From: a virus
Taxonomy: Duplodnaviria; Caudoviricetes
Length of the DNA: 64,000 bases
Reading direction: 5' to 3' (one strand)
IMG/VR virus record: IMGVR_UViG_3300028588_000019
Span: 8,475 to 72,474 of that record
Numbering within the stretch: position 1 is the first letter of the stretch; each line of letters starts with the position of its first letter. This document shows positions 44,147 through 54,000 of this stretch, piece after piece. The position numbers were made by a program, and so were the translations under genes. The notes beneath the pieces were generated by a model. It did not search any database, was not told where the DNA came from, and saw only the letters and a list, made by a program, of their open reading frames with translations.

Positions 44147-44504
44147 TCACGTCGGTGATGGTCGAGTTTTGGTTGCGGATGATATAGTTGAACACCCAGC
44201 GAACGAATGCCCAACCCGGAAGCCCGCAGGTGAACACCAGCGCGAGCATGGCAATCAAACCGAACGGGGTGTTGACCCAGGATTGCAGGTCGTAATACTG
44301 GATGACTGCTGCTCCGCCACCAATGGACGAGACGACTGTGCTGATGATGCCCACGGCCCATTCTTTCGGGCTGCGTGGTGTGGTAATACACATGACCACA
44401 ATCGCCGCAAGTGTGGCCATTGCAAGAGCACCCAACCCTGCGGCGCTGTAAAGGGAAATGAATGCCACGGAAGTGTCCAGCGATTTAGGGTTGATGTCGT
44501 TCAT
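44100..44504 (-). CDS. holin
   Basis: about 3 TM segments directly upstream of the endolysin. Confidence 0.75.
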   Translation of the reverse strand: MNDINPKSLDTSVAFISLYSAAGLGALAMATLAAIVVMCITTPRSPKEWAVGIISTVVSSIGGGAAVIQYYDLQSWVNTPFGLIAMLALVFTCGLPGWAFVRWVFNYIIRNQNSTITDVIGDIRGVRNGNQSQP

Positions 44505-44612
44505 GTTGCGCCTTAGTAATTTGAGGTAGGTGATGGACTACAGATACACGGCCAATTGTAGCCATCAACTACCTACAACGCAAATGATATTTGTATCTAG
44601 TTGCTCGTCTCT

Positions 44613-46034
44613 TTAGACCTCTTCAATTGTTAACTCGGTGGAGTAAGCTTCTGCAAACTCCAGTTCGATGTCCGAATCTTCTGCGCGGCGACCAAAAATA
44701 GTCAGGTCGCGTGCTAGTTCAGAATCAGAGTGTCCAGGAAATACCGAAACATAAATTGGATTGATTCTAGATTGCCGCACCATGCGAACAAACTGTTTAC
44801 GGTCCTGGGCCGGCATCATTGACAATTTAATCGGTAAGACCTTATGGATTGTCCCTGCGCGTCCAGTCTGCGTTCCAGCGTTCGTTCGTTTGATCTCACT
44901 GCTGTCAGCAATGCGCGGGGTTACGTCTGAAGGCTGGTATTTAGTCTCCCAATATTTGCCAACAACAGCTTGCGCAATATTGATGGCACCAATTGGGTTT
45001 GCTGGGTCGTCAATCTCAATTATAAGATAGGCACAGAGCATTTCTGGAATCCACATCTCCGCGCAAGTTCCGCCGCCATAAGTGTACGCGCAGGAGCTCT
45101 GTGCCACGGTCCAACCATCCAGCACAATTTGCTCGGCTGGTGCAGCGACCTTCCAACCGCTGTCGAATGAGCTAGTCTGTTGCCAGTTGTCGCTGTAGCC
45201 TAGAGGACGAGTTGAAGTTCCACCTGTATTGTTCGGGTAATACGAAGAGATTGTACCGTATTCGAATTGGGCACCCCACACGTAGAAGCCGTATCCAGCA
45301 ATGCCTGTGTATAGCAGTACGGGCTGTCCGCTGCCGTTGAGCGAACCAGCCACTAGTCGTGGAACGATGTTCCCTGCGGCGGTGGTGGTTCGGGTTGCCC
45401 AGACCCTCCACCAGCCGTTACCAATGTTCTGCATGCCATGCGTCCAGCCACCATCCACGTCCATCGTGACAGTGCCGGCAGCCAGGTCAAAAAATGCTCG
45501 CGAGCCGAACGGTGCAGCCGTGTTCGCAGTGTTGTCGAATTTGATTGCGACAAGGGTTCGTTCTGCGGCCCTCACAAAGAATGAAACGGTAACCTGTTGT
45601 CCGGCAGGAACAGCCCAGACTTGGCTGATATACTTCTCGCTTCCTGTTTGCTCCTTGAATTTTTCGACGCCACCGGCGCCAGATGGTGCCTTCACCCCAG
45701 CGGCATCAGCTTCGGTGGTCCCGATAGTGGAACTCCATTTGGACCAAGCAGCGTTGCTGAAGCTCTCACTGTATTTGGCGTAATTGGTCTTTGTCCCCTC
45801 GCCGTTTGCGCGCACCCGCCACAAAGCGCTAGGCGAAAGGCCACAAATTGGCAGAACAACTGCCGAGATCCTTTCTGCAGTGTTCCACCCAGCTTCGATG
45901 CGCGCGGTAGTCCCGACCGACTGGTAAACTTCAGTCTTGTCGGTGCTAAGAATATTACCCACACTAAGAACGCCTGCTGTGGTCAAAGCGCTTAGTGTGG
46001 CACGTTTGAGGACGTTGTCCGAGATCACTCGCAT
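44613..46034 (-). CDS. distal tail protein with an inserted carbohydrate-binding-like domain
   Basis: position; central W/G-rich beta-sandwich-like insert. Confidence 0.6.
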   Translation of the reverse strand: MRVISDNVLKRATLSALTTAGVLSVGNILSTDKTEVYQSVGTTARIEAGWNTAERISAVVLPICGLSPSALWRVRANGEGTKTNYAKYSESFSNAAWSKWSSTIGTTEADAAGVKAPSGAGGVEKFKEQTGSEKYISQVWAVPAGQQVTVSFFVRAAERTLVAIKFDNTANTAAPFGSRAFFDLAAGTVTMDVDGGWTHGMQNIGNGWWRVWATRTTTAAGNIVPRLVAGSLNGSGQPVLLYTGIAGYGFYVWGAQFEYGTISSYYPNNTGGTSTRPLGYSDNWQQTSSFDSGWKVAAPAEQIVLDGWTVAQSSCAYTYGGGTCAEMWIPEMLCAYLIIEIDDPANPIGAINIAQAVVGKYWETKYQPSDVTPRIADSSEIKRTNAGTQTGRAGTIHKVLPIKLSMMPAQDRKQFVRMVRQSRINPIYVSVFPGHSDSELARDLTIFGRRAEDSDIELEFAEAYSTELTIEEV

Positions 46035-46035
46035 T

Positions 46036-46302
46036 TTATTTCCGTTCGGATGGTGGAGGCGACTGGTAGCGTGCCAGTTCTTTAATATTGGCGTTCACGC
46101 AGTGGTTCGGTCCTTGGAAGGGGTGGAAGATAAAGTCGATGATTACTTTCCAGAACTTGTATGGGTAACGGTGACCCAGGCGGCCGCAACGAGCCGACAA
46201 CGTTTCGTCGGGCCAGCCGAAAAGGATCGTGTTCACTAACTGGTCAACGCCAATGAGAACATTGCTGATGTATTTCAGAATAGCTAAAGCAGTCTTCTTC
46301 AT
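46036..46302 (-). CDS. small conserved-type membrane protein
   Basis: NVLIG.DQL.NT...G.PDETLSAR. Confidence 0.7.
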   Translation of the reverse strand: MKKTALAILKYISNVLIGVDQLVNTILFGWPDETLSARCGRLGHRYPYKFWKVIIDFIFHPFQGPNHCVNANIKELARYQSPPPSERK

Positions 46303-46314
46303 GTTACCCCCTAG

Positions 46315-46929
46315 TTATAGGCCGAGTATCTCACGCAGCCACTTAATGAAATTGTCCCACGAAGCAACTGCTGCGTCAAGCATCTCCAGCGAAGTTGCTG
46401 CACGCATCTCAGCCTGGTGAAGAAAGCGAACGTTGCGCATCTGAAGCTCAGCCCAGCGAAACGCGTCAGCACGCTCAATGATTTGTTGTGCTGCCCACAC
46501 TTCACTTTGCACTTGCCCGGTCGGGTTGTTTAGCGCGTGCCCTGTGATGTACCCGGAAGCAGGGGAGGGTTTCGGGTCAGCTGCAATGTACGCACGCGCT
46601 GCGCTCTCGGCGTTAGCGTACTCCGTTGCACGCAGACCTATTGCGTCTTGATAAACCGAGTCTACATCAGGGTAGGTTTTAGTGACTGCTGCGACCTTCT
46701 CGTCCTCCAGCACCGCACGGTCTTCCCATTCGACGGCACCGTTGCGCAGATAGGCTACTTCGGTATCGCGGCGCCCTTCACGCGTGAACTCGCCGTCAAA
46801 GGCCACGATTGTTTCGCCAGGGCAGGAGGAGAAAACAGGCGTTGTTGGGCCATTGTTCGGATTGTCGATCCAGCCTGACGCAGAGATAACACCGTCTTCG
46901 CGCACAAATAAAATATGTTGTTGGCTCAT
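46315..46929 (-). CDS. tail fibre assembly/associated protein
   Basis: directly downstream of the fibre gene. Confidence 0.55.
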   Translation of the reverse strand: MSQQHILFVREDGVISASGWIDNPNNGPTTPVFSSCPGETIVAFDGEFTREGRRDTEVAYLRNGAVEWEDRAVLEDEKVAAVTKTYPDVDSVYQDAIGLRATEYANAESAARAYIAADPKPSPASGYITGHALNNPTGQVQSEVWAAQQIIERADAFRWAELQMRNVRFLHQAEMRAATSLEMLDAAVASWDNFIKWLREILGL

Positions 46930-46941
46930 TTCGTACCTCGC

Positions 46942-49572
46942 TTAAGCGCCGTTACCATAGCCGACAAGGCACCGAATAGACCGGCTGACCACTGCGCCGC
47001 TACCCTCATCAATAAGTACCAAGCCGATGTTTACCGATACCGTGATGTTCTGCCCACGACAGCGGAATGAGCAGCTAGTGGCCGATGGATCGCTGGTCAT
47101 CATCGCGTCGCCTTCGACTACGGTCAGTGACCATTGGTAACGCAGATTGCCGACTGCACCAGACACCGTGGCGAATGCCGTAAAGTTCTCGTAGTTGAAC
47201 GTGTTTGCCCGATTGCGCTGATTGGTAAAAGACAACGTGGCACTGAGCGATACTTGAATACGCGCGTTGTACAGAATCGTGTTGTCCAGCGTTAGTTGCC
47301 TATTCACCAAAGAGAAGCCGGGGGCTAAAATAGTCCCGTCAGCTCTAGCTTCAAGAAACGCGCCCTGCCCGTCAATGTTGTTCCCTAGCAGGATGCCTTC
47401 AGGTCCGAAGTAAGAGCCTCTTCCACCCGGCGCGGGCCATGCCCATCCATTGAAATCACCTGTAGCGATATAGCCCCTTGCTCGCAGAGAATTACAAAAG
47501 ATGTCGCCATTACGCTGTAGTAGCCAGCCGGACCCGCCCGTACTAGTCTGACCGTTCCAAGCGTTGCTATAAATGTCACCACCGATTTGTGTGTTACCGA
47601 TTGACCCCGGCGCAACATAATTGTTGATCGTGCGCCAGTCGAGAACGTTATCGCTCCACGCAGTTCTTACTTTGCCGCGTTCCAGCTTGACATCGTAAAT
47701 CAACAACTGCGATGCGTTCTTACCTGTGAAGATACGAACCTGACAGTTTTCTAGGCTCGCCTGAGTCCCGGTGCGCCAGTGAAGTTCGTAAGACCCCATG
47801 CCAACCTGAACTGCTACTACTCCTTCCGGTAGATCGTCTGGGAACAGGTCGCAGATAACCTCACGAACGCCTCCAGCACCATCGTTAGTAGCTTTGAAAC
47901 TAAGTGTGTAGTCTGTGTTTTGGTTGAGCGAGAAAGTGCGCGAGCGGAACAAAGCAAAATCCGAATTCGGAAAAACCTTGTGAATGCCGTTACGGGCATA
48001 ATCTGCCGTAACGTTTGTATCAATGTAGGTCCAAGCTGCCCCTTCGTTAATCCACAGGTCGATTCGCTCAAGAATGTTCGGGTTAAGCTGCGTTTGTTCT
48101 GCCAAGGTCGCCCCGGATCGTAGAACCACGCCTCCCTTTCCGTCGTAGAGCGTGGCAGTGCCACCGTCTACCACAAACAACGGCTGGCCGTTAGGAGCTT
48201 CCGTACGGAACGACCTAGACACTACGTACCCATCTTTGCTGACCCTGAAGGGGGCGTTGGCCCACGAATCAGAACCAGACCACATATCACCAACTGGTGA
48301 CACATGCCAGCTGTTGCTTCCAGAACCAATGTGGATCTCGCCACCAGTAATGACGCCCAGATTGGAAATAATGGCTGAGAGCGTACCAACCTTAAGTGAC
48401 GACCAGTAAGGGATTGACCACACTACGGTGTTCGTCGCTGGGTTGTAGATACCGTCGGACTGGTACAGGAACTGGCCTGCCGACAGTGTGGGAACAGTCT
48501 TGGTCCAGGCGCCAACAATCCCGCCACCGTTCGGGCTCGGGACGCTGCTGCGGCCAGACGTGTTTGCCGGTACAGTGGTTGTCGCAGGCGTGACGGACGC
48601 GCAGTAGGCGGTGACATAGCTTGCGCCTTCCGTACCCGTCCCGTTATTACCCGAATAACCCACAGCGCGAATTGATGCGTTTTGCCAGTTGAAATCTGTC
48701 TGTGCGTTCGCAGCGGAGTCGGTAATGAAAACGCGCGCCGCCCATAACGTCATCCCTGGAGACGGAGCGTCACCCGGAGTTAAACCCCAGCCTGTAGGCG
48801 CTGCACCGAACGTTCCGTTAGACCATGTCAGCTGCGCTGGGCCAGTTGGACCCGATGGGATGGTAGCAGCCCATTTAAAGACAACAGCTTCACCCGAATT
48901 GACCCCGCTTGTGCCGTTGTTCCCGTTATTGCCGTTCTGGGCCCATGCGACTACGGTCGACGAAGCGTAGGAAACAGTTGTGCTGACAGCACTAGCTGCC
49001 ACGCTTAAGCCGACAGCGACGCTAAACAGCTGAGTCCCGGGCGTGCCAGGGTTAGTTGGTACAGCTACGCTCCAGCCGTCGCTCCCAGCATACGCGGTGT
49101 TTACGCCCGCCGCCCAGGTGAACGTTGACGAATTGTTTGGGCGTGCAGGGGGTGAACCTGCCGGGGCCCACTTCCACAGATAGGCTGTGCCGGTCTTATT
49201 TGGGCTGACACCCGCATCACCTTTGACACCGTCTGCGATTTTGCTGACGGTTGTAGACTTAGTATAGGTCGTACCGTCATAAGCGATTGTGGCAGTAATG
49301 ACGGCAGTATCGGTCGTCATATTTGCAAACGTCAACGTTGCGCTGTTACCGTTGACCGTAAGCGTTGCGCCGGCTGTAGCTGACCAGTTTACAGTTCCCG
49401 GGATGTTCAACAGCGTTGCTTCGAAGGTGTACGATCCGGGAGTGCTGTCCCCTGATACCACCTTGAAAACGGCGGATGACGGATAAAGGAACATGCCTCT
49501 GTCCGTCGGCGGGGTGAACCGTGGGTTCACCAAACGCATCATTACATCACGGTCGTTCAGGATGGTGGCCAT
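46942..49572 (-). CDS. tail fibre/tip protein
   Basis: G-x-x linkers, repeated W/P-rich modules, position. Confidence 0.75.
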   Translation of the reverse strand: MATILNDRDVMMRLVNPRFTPPTDRGMFLYPSSAVFKVVSGDSTPGSYTFEATLLNIPGTVNWSATAGATLTVNGNSATLTFANMTTDTAVITATIAYDGTTYTKSTTVSKIADGVKGDAGVSPNKTGTAYLWKWAPAGSPPARPNNSSTFTWAAGVNTAYAGSDGWSVAVPTNPGTPGTQLFSVAVGLSVAASAVSTTVSYASSTVVAWAQNGNNGNNGTSGVNSGEAVVFKWAATIPSGPTGPAQLTWSNGTFGAAPTGWGLTPGDAPSPGMTLWAARVFITDSAANAQTDFNWQNASIRAVGYSGNNGTGTEGASYVTAYCASVTPATTTVPANTSGRSSVPSPNGGGIVGAWTKTVPTLSAGQFLYQSDGIYNPATNTVVWSIPYWSSLKVGTLSAIISNLGVITGGEIHIGSGSNSWHVSPVGDMWSGSDSWANAPFRVSKDGYVVSRSFRTEAPNGQPLFVVDGGTATLYDGKGGVVLRSGATLAEQTQLNPNILERIDLWINEGAAWTYIDTNVTADYARNGIHKVFPNSDFALFRSRTFSLNQNTDYTLSFKATNDGAGGVREVICDLFPDDLPEGVVAVQVGMGSYELHWRTGTQASLENCQVRIFTGKNASQLLIYDVKLERGKVRTAWSDNVLDWRTINNYVAPGSIGNTQIGGDIYSNAWNGQTSTGGSGWLLQRNGDIFCNSLRARGYIATGDFNGWAWPAPGGRGSYFGPEGILLGNNIDGQGAFLEARADGTILAPGFSLVNRQLTLDNTILYNARIQVSLSATLSFTNQRNRANTFNYENFTAFATVSGAVGNLRYQWSLTVVEGDAMMTSDPSATSCSFRCRGQNITVSVNIGLVLIDEGSGAVVSRSIRCLVGYGNGA

Positions 49573-51026
49573 TAGATCATCACTTCCACATTTACTTCAA
49601 AACTATTAATGTCAGGGGTTACACCAGTTACAACAGCGAAAGCGCCGTTCTCCAAATCGTACCAATCCGCGAACACTTGTACAGCTTGACCGAGCGTTAG
49701 CATCAGGTGGTTTGCGGTGAGCCGAGCAGTGTATGTCCCGCGTGCAACCTGCTCAACTACGAGTTGACGATTGGCTTCAGTCTGAGCGCTGGTGCCCACA
49801 ATTATACAGGTGTCGCGCTGCGCCGGCTCCTGATTTAACTTATACAGGTCCGCAACAGTTTGATTCTTTGCAACAACCTCCAGCCATTCTTTCTTATAGA
49901 GGTCTTTATGTTCCTCGGGAAGTGTGGTCAGCAGATTGTCCTGCACCGTGTAGTTCTTGCAGTAACCTAACTTGATTGCTGCAACCGGCTCTGTCAGATC
50001 CACCAATGTGAGCGGCGCATCGTCAAACTGATGCGCACGCTTGATAACCGTTGTAGCGCTGGTCGGGAAGTTAATCTGAATCAGCTGCAACAAACCCTCG
50101 CGTGACACAACCATCTGCGCACGGACGCTGGAGGCAAGCTGACGGCATACTTCAATAACGTTCGTACGGTCTTTGATGTAGATGCCAACAGGGTGCGGAT
50201 TGGCAGTCTCGAACGAGTCCAGGTTTGCGGTATCGAGATCTGTATTTGAAAAACGATCCGAGAGCTTACCGAACCCGGTGGCAATGCGGCGAATGATGTT
50301 CGTAATCGTGTTCCGGTAAACACCCCCAAACTTGTCACCCTGTACGCTGCAAGTAATGACACCTGCCGCCTTTTGGTTGAGGGTGAACGTGCCAGTTTCA
50401 TGGTCAGCTGTAAACAAGACAGGCTTGCCGTTGTCTCGTACCTCAAAGATGTTTTCGACAGGGCCGTCGTGAATCTGGTATTTGTTGGGCCCCACCATGA
50501 GCGGGGTCACGTTGTGGCATTCCCCGAAGCAGAGCGGAATAAGGCTATTCTTATTTGTGGTGGTCCCGCCCAGCAGTTTTTCACTGATAGGTGTGTTCAA
50601 TTGCTGGAGCTTGTCCACCATGCTGAGCGCAAGCGTATAACGGTCCTTTGGGGCGCACTTGCCCACAATACCCGTCCAGTAGAGTTTAAAGTCCGCACGG
50701 TCCCAGCGGGTGTCGCCGATGTACATTCGGATCTTACGGTTCTTCCAAACGTCCTTGAACCAGCTTTGTCGCCCTGCGGTAAGATCGATCTCAAGCGCAC
50801 CAATAGATACGCTGGCTTCTGCACTCAGGGAAATCTTAGCAGACACCGCGATGCTACCTGACACAATCGCCGAATACGGCGTTGCAACAGGTGCGTTGAT
50901 GTACTGCTTATCGCTCAAATAACGAGTGATGGGGTTACCGCCACTCGTCACTTCAATCTCGTAAAGCACGACCCGCTGGGCCGTGCTGTCCAAGAGCCAT
51001 GCTTCAAATTGCGCTTGAGTAATCAT
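49572..51026 (-). CDS. tail tip/hub protein
   Basis: follows the TMP; P.CFGEC.NVTP motif. Confidence 0.7.
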   Translation of the reverse strand: MITQAQFEAWLLDSTAQRVVLYEIEVTSGGNPITRYLSDKQYINAPVATPYSAIVSGSIAVSAKISLSAEASVSIGALEIDLTAGRQSWFKDVWKNRKIRMYIGDTRWDRADFKLYWTGIVGKCAPKDRYTLALSMVDKLQQLNTPISEKLLGGTTTNKNSLIPLCFGECHNVTPLMVGPNKYQIHDGPVENIFEVRDNGKPVLFTADHETGTFTLNQKAAGVITCSVQGDKFGGVYRNTITNIIRRIATGFGKLSDRFSNTDLDTANLDSFETANPHPVGIYIKDRTNVIEVCRQLASSVRAQMVVSREGLLQLIQINFPTSATTVIKRAHQFDDAPLTLVDLTEPVAAIKLGYCKNYTVQDNLLTTLPEEHKDLYKKEWLEVVAKNQTVADLYKLNQEPAQRDTCIIVGTSAQTEANRQLVVEQVARGTYTARLTANHLMLTLGQAVQVFADWYDLENGAFAVVTGVTPDINSFEVNVEVMI

Positions 51027-54000
51027 TCCATTGCCATCGAAAGGACGTTGTTTTTATACGACGAGTTAGCTGCCGAGGACATTATACCACTAACAGTAGT
51101 TTGAGCGGCCCCGGCAGTCACCTTAGCATTCGAAGTAATAACGTTTGCAGTGTTGGTGTTCGCCTCAGCACGCATGCCCGAAACTTCTTCGCGCAGTGCT
51201 TTCAGCTCAGCTGCCATCATCGCCTTTTCCGACGCGGTGGTCGGGTTGCCGCTCAAGCTTGGCATTGCTGCCGCCGGACGAGGATCACGGATTGCCCACA
51301 ACACATCGTTCAGGGTGTTGTTCAGGTTGGTGATGCCTGCAACCTGAGCATTCAGTGCATCCAGCGACAGCTGCTCGACGCTTGCCTTCGCAGTAGCCCA
51401 CTGCTCCATCTCTTCCGTAATGCGCAGCACCTTGGCAAAGTCCGAGCTGTACTTCGGATCCGAGGCATTGACCACACGAGACGCTTGCAGGAATGCGTTG
51501 GCGGCTGCACTGATCTGCGACTGCGCTTCCTCGTCCCCGGTCTTAGCTTTCGCCACCGTGTTGTCAAATTGACGCAGAGCTTCAAGGTACTGTTGCTCAG
51601 GGGTCAGTGTGGTTAGATCGCTTAACAGCAAGCCGTCGCGCATTTCACGCATGGACTGCGCAAACGTCTTCAACTTCTCGATCGTCTGCGACAAGCTCTC
51701 TTTGTTTGTGTCCTGCGCCTCTTTTTGCTTCTTGAGCAATTGGAGGTAGTCGAACAGCGAGCGGTTGCTTTCATCAAGCTCCTCGCGCTGCTTTGCAATC
51801 AGCTGCGCAGGGGTCATCACCAGTTCGTCGATCTCGTCCTGGATGCTTTGGCGTTCTTCTGCAATCGCCTTCGTTACATCCAAGATTTCCTTGAACGCTG
51901 GCACCAGCCCCATCAGTGCAGCATATGCCTCTGCACCGTACTGCGTGGTGGTATCCAAGCCTTCGATAAACTTACGGAACATCTCTTCGGAGTTAGGCTG
52001 ACTGGTAGTCAAACCGTACTTAGCGAAGGTCGGGTCCAGCTGTCCTTTTAGGAATTTGGCTTTTTCTTTATCCGTGTAGAACGTATCCAAGAAGGTGCTC
52101 GCTTGGCTTACGAACTCTTCCAGGCCACCGGACAATTCGATCAGACGCGAACGTGCCGCAACAGACGAAAGACCAATCTGACCAAACGTCTTATTGAACG
52201 ATTGGAACACGGTGTCGATAGTTTGGTATTCTGCGGCAATGCGAACCAGCGTTTCAAGCTGACCCTCACCAAGCTTGGCGTAATCGTTCAGACCTGCAAC
52301 CATTAGGCTGGCCATGTCGTCGCCAAGCTTAGAAACGACAGCTTCGATTTCTTTTTGGATCTCTTCTGCGCTAAGATCCTTAAAACTAATCTTACCGAAG
52401 TCGATAATAATAGATTTCAAGCGTTCATTGAACGCAGCACCACCGATGCCCAGTGCTTCACCAGCAGCATTAATGGTTGTAGACAAACCCTTGAAGATGA
52501 GCGCAAATTGGTCGTTTACATCTTTGTCCAAGGCGGTCAGTTGCGTCTTGTACTTATCGCTATGGAAGATGCCGCCGTCTTTCTTTGTATCAAGGTACTG
52601 GCTCATCACAAGCCCGCCGTTTACAATATTGCCAACGGAGGTTTTGTTAGCGGTCAAGCCTGTATCTAAATTCGTGGTCTTACCGCCAAAGATCGAATTA
52701 GTCAAACTTGCGTACTGTTTTCCAAGCCACTCACCGCCAGGCATGGATTTCAAAGGGGAGCCAATGAGCGAGCCCAACGAGCTCATACCGCCATACGTGT
52801 TGGCAGGCATATCTCCGGTTACGCCATTGTTCAGCAGAATACCACTCAAGCCACCGATACCTGCTTGAATGGCGCGTAGAGCTTGCAGCATCCCGCTACC
52901 GATGACAAGATTCTGGTAGGTGTTGTCTTCAATCAGCTCAAGAGACTTAGAAATGGATTCCGACTTAGCGTCTACATTGCCAAACACGGTCCCGGTCCCT
53001 TGAGCTTCTTGACGATCCTTGGCCACATTAACGTCACTGAACTTACCGCTGATGGCCACACCAAGCCCAGCAACGATCGCAGCCATTGCTGCCATACGTG
53101 CGAATGCGGAATACGAATCGCCTTGACCTTGAGTCAAAATTGCAGAGATGCCTTTCGGTACGAGCTCAGCGATGGTCAGAGCAAGCTCTGCCGCGTGGAA
53201 CACCTGCGACATCACCATCAATGCTTTATAGCCCTTCGACTGTTCGTCAAAGAAGCCGGCAGCAGCACCAGCCATGTTCCCGTATTCGTTCATACGGTTA
53301 CGGGCAGAAGCTTGGTTGTATTCGTTCTGCGCTTTAGCATTACGCGCTTCTTCGTCTTGCAAGCCTTCGTTTTCTTTTTTGGACTTGCGCAGCTTGTTGT
53401 CCAGTTGCAACTGTTCTGCCGTACCACGCGAGAATACTTTGAACAGTTCACCGGCAGCTTTGCCACCTTTGCCGAATGCCTGCTCCAGCGCTTTAGCGAT
53501 ATCGTTGCCGGCCTCTTTCCAGGACTTTGCGAGGTCGTCTGCTTTCTTGAAGTCTGCTTGCTCAGCATCCAGTTTAGCACCAATATCCTTCAAGCGATTG
53601 ATGTCGGCTTGTGCTGCGATAAGCTTTTGGAGCGCAGCCAAACGCGCACCGTATGCAGCAATGGCAGCTTTATTTTGCTCGTCCTCAGGCTTAGCTTTTT
53701 CGGTGTCAAGCAGCGCTTCAAGATACAGCGCGTCACGCTTACGCTGCTGGTCAGCTTCGTCAGCCAAAGCGATAGCCACCAGCTGACGCTGAGCAGCGGT
53801 CTTACCGATCTCCTCGTTGTACTTTTTCTGCGCCTCGATCTTCTTATTCAACTCTTCCAACTCACGAGCACCGTCTGTGGTGATATTGCCCACAGTGGTC
53901 TTGAGAGCTTTCTTGTTTGCGCCGACTTCATCACGATCAAGGTTTTCGCCTGCGGCGCCGTTGCTGTCGATTGCTTTATCCAAGGCGGCGCGGATGTCTT

